A DNA stretch of 64,000 bases from Bdellovibrionales bacterium (GTDB lineage Bacteria; Bdellovibrionota; Bdellovibrionia; Bdellovibrionales; UBA1609): NCBI GenBank assembly GCA_027459485.1, contig DAIDIG010000002.1, positions 159,597 through 223,596 on the forward strand, read 5' to 3'. The notes beneath the pieces were generated by a model. It searched no databases. It saw only the letters and a program-made list of their open reading frames with translations, and was not told the DNA's origin. Below are positions 45,470 to 55,066 of this stretch, one piece after another. Position 1 is the first letter of the stretch. Each line of letters starts with the position of its first letter. A program made the translations under genes and the position numbers.

Positions 45470-46633
45470 GTGGCGAATCCGGCAACGTTAAGAAAATCCG
45501 ACAAAGACATCCCGAAAATCGCGCAGAAGATTTGTGACGATATGCTAAAAGATTTGGAGCACGCCAAGCGCCCGATTCTCGAAGCGGTCAAGTGCTCTCT
45601 CGATAATAGCTTGTACGATTCGAAAGTCGGTTATCTCACGCCCGGCAAAAAAATGGTGGCGACCGAGCTCAACGTTTCATCGGTTCAGAAAATGGCGCGC
45701 ACGGTATTTTTTCTCGATATTTTGCTCAACAACATTAAAACGGGCGCTGTGAACACGAAACGTGAATTGTATTATATGGCGAAAGGTTTCGTGAAATCCG
45801 ACCCGCATTATAAGCCGCTTGATTTCGACGACCAGAACGAGAGCGACGCCATCATTCAATTTATTTGCGATATGCTCACAGTCTATCGCGAAGAGATGAA
45901 CTGCTTTGCCAACGATCGCGGCGGTCAGACCTACTCGAAGCAATTGGTGGTAACCGAGCATCTGCCCGATGGTACTCGCGCCGAAGTCGACCTCGGCTCT
46001 CTCGGAACGACTCCGTTTCAACCAAAAAATAAACCGCAAGTGTTTAAGCTAAAGTCAAAGGGCAAAATTGATTTTTGTCTCGTCATCGAGTCGGAAGGCA
46101 CGGCGAACACATTGGTATCGAACGGTTTTACCAAGCGCCACAAATGCATCATGGTCGGCGCGCAAGGTGTGCCGAGTAATGGCGTACGGGGATGGGTGCG
46201 AACCATTCAAGATCAACTCAAAATCCCGTGCTACTTTTATGGTGACCTCGACGCGTACACGTTGCAAAATATCTATAGAACGTTGAAGGCGGGTTCGGCT
46301 GCGTCACTCATTCGAAACAGCGAATTTAGCGCGCCTGAGGTGAAATTTTTGGGCGTGCTCCCGGAAGACGTCAAAAAATACGATCTGCATTGTTACCCCG
46401 TTTCAGAGAAGAACCCGGCCGATGCACGGTCACTCAAAAAAGCGCGCGACGTTTTGCAAAACGACCCGTTTTTTCAAGACAAGCGAAATAAAAAGCTCGC
46501 CGACATTCTCAATTGGCTTTTGAAAAACAAAGTGCGCTGCGAGCAGCAATCGATTTTTTCGGTGAATCCGAAAGACCCGACAATGCCCGAGAAGATTATT
46601 GTTGAGAAGATCAAGCACGGGTCGTTTGTATAA
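45470..46633 (+). CDS. top6A: DNA topoisomerase VI subunit A (Spo11-like)
   Basis: TKRELYY (catalytic Tyr), F.DQNESD, VIE, G.P, DLD (Toprim), EQQS. Confidence 0.93.
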   Translation: MANPATLRKSDKDIPKIAQKICDDMLKDLEHAKRPILEAVKCSLDNSLYDSKVGYLTPGKKMVATELNVSSVQKMARTVFFLDILLNNIKTGAVNTKRELYYMAKGFVKSDPHYKPLDFDDQNESDAIIQFICDMLTVYREEMNCFANDRGGQTYSKQLVVTEHLPDGTRAEVDLGSLGTTPFQPKNKPQVFKLKSKGKIDFCLVIESEGTANTLVSNGFTKRHKCIMVGAQGVPSNGVRGWVRTIQDQLKIPCYFYGDLDAYTLQNIYRTLKAGSAASLIRNSEFSAPEVKFLGVLPEDVKKYDLHCYPVSEKNPADARSLKKARDVLQNDPFFQDKRNKKLADILNWLLKNKVRCEQQSIFSVNPKDPTMPEKIIVEKIKHGSFV

Positions 46634-46664
46634 GCGATCTTCAATTGTTGCCGGCAATCAATTA

Positions 46665-46713
46665 ACAAATAAAAAAATAAAAAAGGCCTGAACCAATCCT
46701 AGGTAGCAGGCCT
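46665..46713 (-). terminator. Probable intrinsic terminator of the outer-membrane protein gene
   Basis: AGGCCTG...CAGGCCT stem with a long A-run on + (U-tract on -). Confidence 0.55.
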
Positions 46714-46759
46714 CAAGAACTAAAGTAACTCTCTTGCAGTTTATTAAAAAGTCTTTCGA

Positions 46760-47308
46760 CTAAAACGTCAACGGCAGAGTCACGGTGAGGAGTGTCGAAT
46801 TTGCCGTGACGTTGCTCCCCAAAGACGAACTGCCTTGTTTCGTATAGGTTCGGCTCACTTCTTCGAGCGCGAGCGTGATAAACGGCAATGGAGTGAACCC
46901 AATGCCTAAACGATAACCGGTGCCTTTGATGTCACCGCCCGAAATATCCGCATCGGTCGCCGTCGACAACAAATAGTATGTTCCGTAAACACGAAACAGA
47001 ATCGGGAAGTTGTAACCGACGAATATCCCTGCGTCTGTCGTAGACACGTCGTAGTTAGATCCACCGCTCGGGTTGCCTCTGAGCGCGCCGAGTGCGTATT
47101 CGCCGCCGATCATAAAACCCAAGCTTTCGTAACCTAGCCGCGCACCGTAATTGGCGCCGGTGAGGCCATCTGACTGACTGCCCTGTTTGATCTTACCGAT
47201 TTCATAGCCTGCGAATGGCTCCACTAGAAGACTTGCGTGGGCATCGAAGCCAATCCCGCAAACCAAGAGCGAAACAAGCGCCACCGCGGTGGCAAATTTA
47301 ACTTTCAT
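46760..47308 (-). CDS. Outer-membrane beta-barrel protein (8-stranded type)
   Basis: Signal ending AHA; alternating amphipathic strands; terminal Phe. Confidence 0.85.
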   Translation of the reverse strand: MKVKFATAVALVSLLVCGIGFDAHASLLVEPFAGYEIGKIKQGSQSDGLTGANYGARLGYESLGFMIGGEYALGALRGNPSGGSNYDVSTTDAGIFVGYNFPILFRVYGTYYLLSTATDADISGGDIKGTGYRLGIGFTPLPFITLALEEVSRTYTKQGSSSLGSNVTANSTLLTVTLPLTF

Positions 47309-47459
47309 GACCCCTCCCGTTTTAAGCTAGTTTACCTACCCGTTGGGCCCAATCCAACTGGGCTTCGGGCCGGAGTTATAATCCAACGCGATGGGGTTTG
47401 CTGAAACCAGGTCTAGGTTCTAACATGGTACCCGTCAATATATAGACGGGAGCAGAATC

Positions 47460-49994
47460 ATGGCAAAACGGAAAAGTGCGAAAAAGTCCGCAAAGAATGC
47501 AAAAAAATCGGCGAAGAAAAAAGTGGCAACGAAGAAATCGGCGATGAAAAGGTCAATGGCGCGAAAGCCGGCGATTAAAAAGTCGACCATGAAGTCGACT
47601 AAGAAAAAAGTGACAAAGGCGAAGCGCAAACCAGCACGAAAAGCTGGGGCGAGCGCCGTGCCCATGATGGCTCAATCATCAAACCCCAAATTGGGCGGCG
47701 GCAAAATCGACACCACGCCCGAGTTGGTTCGTGCCGCCTATGCAAAAATGCGGGAGCGTCTCTCGATCGTTCGCAATCGCCTCGATCGCCCGATGACGTT
47801 GGCCGAAAAAATCGTGTTTGGGCATTTGGTCGAGCCGAAAGCTCAAGATCTCGCGCGCGGTAAAAGTTTTTTGCAACTGCAACCGGATCGCGTGGCAATG
47901 CAAGACGCGACGGCGCAAATGGCGCTGCTCCAATTCATGCTCGCTGGCCGAGACGAGGCGGCCGTGCCGAGCACGGTCCATTGCGACCACTTGATTCGCG
48001 CGTATGAAGGCATGGAGCCGGATATGAAAACGGCCATGCAAGAAAACAAAGAAGTATTCGATTTTCTGGCGACCGTCGCCTCTCGTTATAATATTGGGTT
48101 TTGGAAGCCCGGGGCCGGTATTATTCACCAGGTGATTTTAGAAAACTACGCTTTCCCGGGTGGGCTTATGATCGGCACCGATTCGCACACACCGAACGCG
48201 GGTGGTCTCGGTATGGCGGCGTGTGGAGTAGGCGGCGCCGATGCGTCGGATGTGATGGCCGGACTCCCGTGGGAGGTCAAAAACCCGAATATCGTCGGTG
48301 TTCACCTCACCGGCAAATTGCAAGGTTGGACCTCCGCCAAGGACGTGATTTTAAAATTGTGCGGAATTTTAACCGTCAAAGGCGGTACGAACAAAATCAT
48401 CGAATATTTCGGCGAAGGCTGCGAATCGATCAGCTGCACCGGCAAAGGCACGATTACGAATATGGGGGCAGAACTCGGCGCCACGTGTTCGATCTTCCCC
48501 TACGATACGCGGATGGCGACGTATCTCAAAGCCACTCGTCGAGGGGATCTCGCGGCGCTGGCCGACAAAAATCGCGATCTCGTCACGGCTGACAAAGAAG
48601 TTTGGGCCGACCCGCATCGTTTTTATGACGAAGTTGTCGAGATCGATCTGTCAACGCTTGAACCGCAAATCGTCGGCCCTCACTCGCCCGACGCCGCTCA
48701 CGCGATTTCGGAGATGAAAACGGCGGCCGAGAAGAACAAATGGCCGACGCGATTGTCGGCGGCGCTGATCGGTTCGTGCACGAATTCATCTTACGAGGAT
48801 ATCGGCCGCGCCACACACGTTGCACAACAAGCGCTCGACGCTGGCCTCAAAATGCCGCAGCAATTTATGGTGTCGCCCGGCTCGTCGCAGATAAAAAAGA
48901 CGATCGAGCGCGACGGTCAGATGGAAGTCTTGAGCGAAGTCGGTGCGAACGTTCTTGCCAACGCCTGCGGGCCATGCATCGGGCAATGGCAACGTAAAGA
49001 CATCCGAAAAGGCGAAGTGAATACAATCGTGAACAGTTTCAATCGTAATTTTCGCGGGCGAAACGACGATAATCCAGAAACGTTGTCGTTCATCGCGTCG
49101 CCAGAGACGACAATGGCGCTCGGGATAGCCGGTCGGCTCGATTTTAATCCGGCGAAGGATACGCTGACGACTCCCTCAGGTAAAACTGTGAAACTACAAC
49201 CGCCATCGGCGCCCGAATTGCCGAAGAACGGATTTGTCACCGACCCGACGGGATATCAAGCCCCGCAAGGTTCGGGCGTGACCGTCAAAGTGAGCCCGTC
49301 GTCGAACCGTCTGCAACTACTCGAGCCTTTCGCGAAGTGGGATGGCGATGACGTGCGCGAAGCGCTGGTATTGTGCAAAGCCAAAGGCAAATGCACAACC
49401 GATCACATAAGCCCCGCCGGCAAATGGCTTACCTACCGCGGCCACCTCGATAACATTTCAAACAATTTGCTTTTGGGCGCGACAAACGCGTTCGGCGGCA
49501 CGAATTCGTCTCAAATGATCGGCAAAGGCAAAAATGTTTTGACCGGCGAAAGCAGCATTGAATTCGCGAAAATAGCGCGCGATTACAAAGCAAAAAAGCA
49601 GAACTGGGTAATTATCGGCGACGATAATTACGGCGAGGGTTCGAGTCGCGAGCACGCGGCCATGACGCCGCGTTTTCTGGGAGGTCGTGCCGTGATAGCG
49701 AAGAGTTTCGCGCGAATACACGAGACGAACCTCAAAAAGCAGGGGATGCTGGCGCTCACGTTTGCCAACCCCGCTGATTACGACAAAATTCGCGAGGACG
49801 ATCGCGTGACGATCGAAGGCCTCAAGAATTTTGCACCGGGGCAACAGCTGACGCTCGTCATACACCATGTCGACGGCGGCAATGAGCGAGTGAAACTCAA
49901 TCACACGTTCAACGCCGAGCAGATCAAATGGTTCAAAGCGGGTTCGGCACTGAATCTTTTGCGTGCTGAGCGGGCCTCCGGTCGTGGCCACTAA
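47460..49994 (+). CDS. acn: Aconitate hydratase, mitochondrial type, with N-terminal histone-H1-like extension
   Basis: [61 protein letters not shown]. Confidence 0.96.
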   Translation: MAKRKSAKKSAKNAKKSAKKKVATKKSAMKRSMARKPAIKKSTMKSTKKKVTKAKRKPARKAGASAVPMMAQSSNPKLGGGKIDTTPELVRAAYAKMRERLSIVRNRLDRPMTLAEKIVFGHLVEPKAQDLARGKSFLQLQPDRVAMQDATAQMALLQFMLAGRDEAAVPSTVHCDHLIRAYEGMEPDMKTAMQENKEVFDFLATVASRYNIGFWKPGAGIIHQVILENYAFPGGLMIGTDSHTPNAGGLGMAACGVGGADASDVMAGLPWEVKNPNIVGVHLTGKLQGWTSAKDVILKLCGILTVKGGTNKIIEYFGEGCESISCTGKGTITNMGAELGATCSIFPYDTRMATYLKATRRGDLAALADKNRDLVTADKEVWADPHRFYDEVVEIDLSTLEPQIVGPHSPDAAHAISEMKTAAEKNKWPTRLSAALIGSCTNSSYEDIGRATHVAQQALDAGLKMPQQFMVSPGSSQIKKTIERDGQMEVLSEVGANVLANACGPCIGQWQRKDIRKGEVNTIVNSFNRNFRGRNDDNPETLSFIASPETTMALGIAGRLDFNPAKDTLTTPSGKTVKLQPPSAPELPKNGFVTDPTGYQAPQGSGVTVKVSPSSNRLQLLEPFAKWDGDDVREALVLCKAKGKCTTDHISPAGKWLTYRGHLDNISNNLLLGATNAFGGTNSSQMIGKGKNVLTGESSIEFAKIARDYKAKKQNWVIIGDDNYGEGSSREHAAMTPRFLGGRAVIAKSFARIHETNLKKQGMLALTFANPADYDKIREDDRVTIEGLKNFAPGQQLTLVIHHVDGGNERVKLNHTFNAEQIKWFKAGSALNLLRAERASGRGH

Positions 49995-50015
49995 AGCACG
50001 AGCTGAAGTTCGCGC

Positions 50016-50561
50016 GTGAGACTGATAACGAAGATTTTTCTCATTTTAGTTGCGGCGGTCATGACATTTTTGGTCGCCGTGTTCGTCCATTTGGGCGCTT
50101 ACAAAACTCCGCGCGTCAGTCAAAGGTCTATACCCGGCATGAGTCTTCTCTATGTCGAGCATATCGGCGCGTACAACGGTGTTGCTTCACTGATGGACCA
50201 AGTTCAGCAATGGGCGATGGCTCATCATTTGTTATGCGAGAAAACATTCGGCTGGTATCTCGATGATCCGCAAACGACCGAAGAGCGCCGGCTGCGCAGC
50301 CACCTCGGTTGTGTCTTGACGGCGGGTTCGCCTCCCCCGAATGGGCCGTATAGGGTCGAACAATTACCCTCGGGCCGATACGTTTGGGCGTCGTTTGATG
50401 GGTCGCCGGCGATCGGGCCATTTCGCGTGTATCCCAAAATTTTCGAATATGCGCGCTCGCATCATCTCAAGCTCGGGCCCTCGTCACTGGAAGTCTATAC
50501 GGTACGAGGGCCGCAAGAGCTGACGACTGAATATTATATTCCAGTCGTCAGTGCTCGTTAA
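50016..50561 (+). CDS. Membrane-anchored GyrI-like small-molecule-binding protein
   Basis: N-terminal TM; HIGAY, YLDDP......LRS..G, LEVY, TEYYIPV. Confidence 0.82.
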   Translation: MRLITKIFLILVAAVMTFLVAVFVHLGAYKTPRVSQRSIPGMSLLYVEHIGAYNGVASLMDQVQQWAMAHHLLCEKTFGWYLDDPQTTEERRLRSHLGCVLTAGSPPPNGPYRVEQLPSGRYVWASFDGSPAIGPFRVYPKIFEYARSHHLKLGPSSLEVYTVRGPQELTTEYYIPVVSAR

Positions 50562-51292
50562 GGCACGGTCGGGATGAAATCGGGAACAAATATGATCGAA
50601 TTCACCGCTTGACCATTGAGTGATCGCACATGCAGCAAATAACGGCCCGATTTTAATTCGCCGACGCTGACGGATTTCTCAAACGGGAAGACGCCTTGTT
50701 TGCAATCGTTGCGTTCCGCTACCTCGGCGATCGGCTGTATGACTATGACGTCCGGTTGAGTCGTCACTTTTACGCTTTCAATTTGCAAACAACTGTTGGT
50801 GAAAGAACCTGAAATCGTGACCACGTTTTGACGGGCGACACGGTGGTAGTAGGCCTGTGATATAGGTGCATACAGATAATCGTCAGCATTGGGGCTGATC
50901 GCTTTGCGAATATCGAATTCGGCGAGCGGCTTTCGCTCACCCGACTGTAACACCGTGTAATGGCCGTGCGGCAAAATGCCCAAATTGAGTACTTGATCGT
51001 ACGGCACGAGAACCATGAGACACATGCCTGAATAATAAAATGCCGATGGTGAAAGCGTGATGGTCTTTGCAAACTTGTCAATGACGACATTTGTCGTGCC
51101 GGGGCGATAACAAGTGTTGGCGAATAGGCCCTCGGCGACGACTTGCACGCGGTCATTGTCGTCAAAACCGTTAGGTATATAGGTTTTGTCATAAGCGGTG
51201 GCCACGAGCTTTGGTTGCATATTCGTGTCGGCGAATACGTGTGCAGAATATATGGCGCTAACAGTTAAGATTAAGGTTAAAATATAGGACAT
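50558..51292 (-). CDS. Secreted hypothetical protein with two related beta domains
   Basis: Signal peptide; G.F.N.C...C.....P......LG.L..G.Y unit occurs twice; SD AGGGAGG. Confidence 0.8.
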   Translation of the reverse strand: MSYILTLILTVSAIYSAHVFADTNMQPKLVATAYDKTYIPNGFDDNDRVQVVAEGLFANTCYRPGTTNVVIDKFAKTITLSPSAFYYSGMCLMVLVPYDQVLNLGILPHGHYTVLQSGERKPLAEFDIRKAISPNADDYLYAPISQAYYHRVARQNVVTISGSFTNSCLQIESVKVTTQPDVIVIQPIAEVAERNDCKQGVFPFEKSVSVGELKSGRYLLHVRSLNGQAVNSIIFVPDFIPTVP

Positions 51293-51339
51293 AAATACCT
51301 CCCTTATGAGTGTCGATGTCGTGCCATCAATACGAACGC

Positions 51340-51450
51340 TACAATTTCTGTGCCACTGAAATGCGGCAACAAATAAAATCAGGCGATACATGATTATGAA
51401 ATTGAAACAAAGATGACGTTATTGTCGTCATTGGAGTGACAGATTGTCGC
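51340..51450 (-). promoter_or_regulatory. Sigma54-type promoter with upstream activator-like palindrome
   Basis: TGGCAC-AGAAA-TTGTA at 51355-51340; GTGACAGATTGTCGC at 51436-51450; AT-rich spacer between. Confidence 0.55.
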
Positions 51451-51537
51451 AATGGAGGCGCGACTCCTTGACGGAACGCGCGAAGAATTGTTCTACTTAA
51501 AGTCGCTCGTAAACATTAATATCAAAGGGAGTATTCA

Positions 51538-51936
51538 ATGCGAAACTTGCAAAAAGTAGTGCTCGGTCTTGCATGCGCCGGTTTGTTTGTAATCGTGCCG
51601 ATGACCGCGAATGCCGATATGGCAAAAGAAGTCGCAACTGCGGCTGATCACGCGAAACTTTCAACCCAGGCTCCAACGCTTGAGGTGGCACATTTACACC
51701 TTAACCACACGCTGAATTGTTTGGTCGGTGCGAAAGGTCATGGCTACAATGCGAAAGCCGGCGACCCATGTAGCGGGATGGGCAAAGGTGCAATCAACGA
51801 CGCGAAAAACGCCAAGTCGAAAGGGATGCTCAAACGCATCGCCGCCCGAGTCAAAGCTGCGCTTCACAATAAGCATCTCGCCAGCGTTAAGAAGCTGGCC
51901 GGCAAAATCGAAGCCGATCTCGCGAAGATTAAATAA
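51538..51936 (+). CDS. Secreted basic helical hypothetical protein
   Basis: Signal ending ANA; HL.H.LNCLVG...GDPC.G.G.GA motif; SD GGGAG. Confidence 0.8.
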   Translation: MRNLQKVVLGLACAGLFVIVPMTANADMAKEVATAADHAKLSTQAPTLEVAHLHLNHTLNCLVGAKGHGYNAKAGDPCSGMGKGAINDAKNAKSKGMLKRIAARVKAALHNKHLASVKKLAGKIEADLAKIK

Positions 51937-52285
51937 TTTCGCTGAATTTTTCTTTTACCTGGCCTCGGCGCTTGCGTGCGAAATCTTCAAGCTGGCGCCG
52001 AGTCGCACCGAACGCATCACGAATGGCAACGTAAACATCTTCGTGTGCCGCATTTTTCTCGTGTTCAGTTGAGACAAAAATATCGCCGCCGGCCACATGC
52101 AGTCGAATTTGTATGTGATAAATATTGCCTTGTCGGTGATGGTGGTGAGGGGCAGTGACGATCACATGACATGAGATAATTCGCTTGTAGAATTTGTCGA
52201 GCTTTTCAGCGTGATCCCAAATGTTGTTCCAGATAAAATCCGAGTGGTCCATGCCGCGAAACTGAATGTGCAGGGGAAAGTTCAT
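51929..52285 (-). CDS. HPF/RaiA-family ribosome-associated protein
   Basis: PL.I.FR.MD.S, I.SC.V....PH.H, HEDVYVAIRDAF....RQL. Confidence 0.88.
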   Translation of the reverse strand: MNFPLHIQFRGMDHSDFIWNNIWDHAEKLDKFYKRIISCHVIVTAPHHHHRQGNIYHIQIRLHVAGGDIFVSTEHEKNAAHEDVYVAIRDAFGATRRQLEDFARKRRGQVKEKFSEII

Positions 52286-52375
52286 GAATAACTCCTGTAA
52301 CTTCCCCCTGCATTTACCGTACCCATGACCGGGTAGACAGTTAAGAAATCAAAGTAAAATATCTTCGCGTCGCTT

Positions 52376-53860
52376 TTAAAACAACCGCAGCGGCTTTCTA
52401 CGCTCAGCAAATCGCAAATACTGGGCGCTATACTTATTCAAGCTGAGCGTGGGCTCGACCCGAACCGGTGTAAACACGTGCGGGTGCGCGTTCATCTGGT
52501 TGGCGGCGATCGAGTTCATCGCAAGACCGTCGGTTTTTGAGCTCAGCGCAAAAATCGGGAAGGCCGTCGAGCCGCCGAACGAACTCGATATATAATCGCC
52601 GACCATATGGCCCATTGTGGTTGATGGAACAGTCGCCCAATCCACGACATTTTGGCCCATTTCGACGGGAGCAGACCAGCTCGCTCCACCATCAAGTGAT
52701 TGAACGGTGGCGACACGCAGTTGGCAGTCGGTGCCGTTACAGCCAGCGTCAGGGTAGAAATAATAAGTGAGACTCAAATGAACTGCGGCGCCGGTTGTCG
52801 CACGGTCAACGGCTAGACCCGGGATGAAATGATCGACATTGCTGCCGACCGGCTCAGTCGGAATGCGCACGACGGGCGACCAATTCACACCGTCGGTTGT
52901 CGTCGTCATGACCATGTCATTCGCCGAACAGTTATTCTCAAATCGACAGTCTTGCCAAACCACGTAGACTTTGCCATTTGCATCGACAGCAGCACTCGGC
53001 AGCGGCTCGGTTCGCACGCCGTTGCCGACATCGTGCGAGTTCATGCTGGCAACCGCAGTCACCGAACTCCACGATTGACCCCCATCGGTCGAAACAAACG
53101 ATTGCAGGTTGCCGAGATTCGCATCGCCGATCGGTACAACAACAGTACCATTCGGTTGCACCACAGGTTGGCCGCCGAGACCGCTGGCTTGTTCGGCCGT
53201 GTTTTTCGGAGCGCCCCAAGTGAGCCCGCCGTCTGTCGACGTACTCATGTCGATGAGGTTCCAATTGCCCGGTTCATCCCACTCTGTGTAGCAATTGCCG
53301 TAGTAGGGTGATTGCGGCCAGTTGTCGCAAGTAGTCCAGTTTTTATCGAGGCTCGCGCTGATACCTTCACCGTATATGTTCACGGGGCTCTGCCAATTCA
53401 ATCCGTCGGATGACCGACTGACCACAACAGCCGCGCCGTTCACGTTGCCGCCGGATGCACTTACCGCAAGGGTCGAAACAAGCCAGACGCCGTGCTTGGC
53501 ATAGTAAGCGACAGACGCATCGCTGCCACGGTCAAAAGGGCCGTTACCCTGGTACTTGGTCAGCGCAGGTAGAAAACCATGCTGCCACGACGTGCCGTTA
53601 TCTTTCGATGTCGCCCAGCCAATATCAACCGCACCGCCATCGGCGAAACGGCCGACTTGAAACGCTGTCACAATTGTTGATCCGTACGAATACGAATCGG
53701 GTTCTACTTCGGTTTTTTGTGATTGATTCGTGTAAGGGTCCGAGCTGATTTCAGTTGTAAAGGCCATTTTCATGGCAGCGAACGCGCTCGCCCCTAAGCC
53801 GAGCATGATGAATATAATCCACTTTCTAGAGAACCGTGATTTTGATGAACGAGCCCCCAT
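52376..53860 (-). CDS. Secreted sialidase-like BNR/Asp-box beta-propeller protein
   Basis: Six Asp boxes (SKDNGTSW, SSDGLNW, STDGGLTW, STDGGQSW, TTDGVNW, SLDGGASW); signal peptide. Confidence 0.88.
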   Translation of the reverse strand: MGARSSKSRFSRKWIIFIMLGLGASAFAAMKMAFTTEISSDPYTNQSQKTEVEPDSYSYGSTIVTAFQVGRFADGGAVDIGWATSKDNGTSWQHGFLPALTKYQGNGPFDRGSDASVAYYAKHGVWLVSTLAVSASGGNVNGAAVVVSRSSDGLNWQSPVNIYGEGISASLDKNWTTCDNWPQSPYYGNCYTEWDEPGNWNLIDMSTSTDGGLTWGAPKNTAEQASGLGGQPVVQPNGTVVVPIGDANLGNLQSFVSTDGGQSWSSVTAVASMNSHDVGNGVRTEPLPSAAVDANGKVYVVWQDCRFENNCSANDMVMTTTTDGVNWSPVVRIPTEPVGSNVDHFIPGLAVDRATTGAAVHLSLTYYFYPDAGCNGTDCQLRVATVQSLDGGASWSAPVEMGQNVVDWATVPSTTMGHMVGDYISSSFGGSTAFPIFALSSKTDGLAMNSIAANQMNAHPHVFTPVRVEPTLSLNKYSAQYLRFAERRKPLRLF

Positions 53861-53933
53861 ATTCCCCCCTCTTTAATTTGCTTAATATTTAAGCGAACCA
53901 AAGTGCGACCCGCCTGTCAATCGCCCGCTCAGT

Positions 53934-54983
53934 TTAATTTTTATGGCTGTGCGTATGGTGCATGTCGGGAAAGTGCGAGTGCTTATGCGTCAGCCTTGCG
54001 TGTCGATGTTTGTGAGTGTGAGGTTCGCCCGGTGGATCATCCGGGCTGTGAGTGTGTTGATGGTGATCGTCATGGTTGTGCGAATGTTCGTGTTCGATCT
54101 CTTCATGCGTATGCTCATGGTCATGCGATTCGGTTAGGTGCAGGTAGAACCCTGCGCCCATCAATGCAGCCGCAATCACCAGATTTCGAGTCAGCGGCTC
54201 GTGCCCAAAAATAATCGCTATCATCGCCCCGATGAAAGGTGCCGTCGAAAAATAAGCTCCGGTTCGCGCCGCGCCCATATTGCGAAGGGCTAGAATGAAA
54301 CAGATGAGGCTCATTCCGTAGCAGAGAAAACCAAGAGCGCCGGCCCGTGCGGCGACACCGATCGCCGGTAGCTTTTCGCCGATCGTAAAAGCCAGCGCAA
54401 GATTTGTCGCGCCCGCGACCAAGCTTTTAATCATCGTGATCTGCACTGGGTCATTAAGCGATATTTTTCGCGTGAGATTGTTGTCGATGGCCCAACTGAG
54501 GCATGCTCCCGCAACAAAAAGAGGGCCGGCAAAACCGCCCAGCGACAAACGATTCGTCCAACTCAATACAACGCCCCCGATGATGATCGCGACCATGCCG
54601 GTGACAATGCGACGATCGAAATGTTCACGAAATATCGCCCACGCCAACCCAGCTGTTAACACGCCTTCTAAATTTAAAAGGAGTGATGCAGTTGAGGCCG
54701 GCGTGCGCGAGAGGCCATACATTAACAGTACGGGGCCTATCACGCCGCCGAAAAGCGTCAAGCCGATCAGCCATGGTACATCACGCCGGTTGATCGATTT
54801 GATCGGCTGTCTTTTGCGCAGCGACTGAATGCTGATGATGACACCCATCCCGACGCCGGAACCTAAGTAAAGAAGCGAAGCCAGAACCCAAGGGTTGACG
54901 ACGCCGAGAAGTGATTTGGCTATCGGCGAACTCAGTCCGAACAAAAGCGCGGCAAAAGAAGCTAGCAGGGGGCCTGATATCAT
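53934..54983 (-). CDS. DMT/EamA transporter with His-rich C-terminal tail
   Basis: Ten TM helices; DNNLTRK; tail HDHEHTHEEIEHEHSHNHDDHHQH...HFPDMHHTHSH. Confidence 0.92.
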   Translation of the reverse strand: MISGPLLASFAALLFGLSSPIAKSLLGVVNPWVLASLLYLGSGVGMGVIISIQSLRKRQPIKSINRRDVPWLIGLTLFGGVIGPVLLMYGLSRTPASTASLLLNLEGVLTAGLAWAIFREHFDRRIVTGMVAIIIGGVVLSWTNRLSLGGFAGPLFVAGACLSWAIDNNLTRKISLNDPVQITMIKSLVAGATNLALAFTIGEKLPAIGVAARAGALGFLCYGMSLICFILALRNMGAARTGAYFSTAPFIGAMIAIIFGHEPLTRNLVIAAALMGAGFYLHLTESHDHEHTHEEIEHEHSHNHDDHHQHTHSPDDPPGEPHTHKHRHARLTHKHSHFPDMHHTHSHKN

Positions 54984-55066
54984 GCCTTTAGAAACGCTTT
55001 GCAACGTGGATTTGTCAATGACGGTTTTAAAGGTATATTTGCGAAAAGCGAAAGCAAAGCAGGTTT

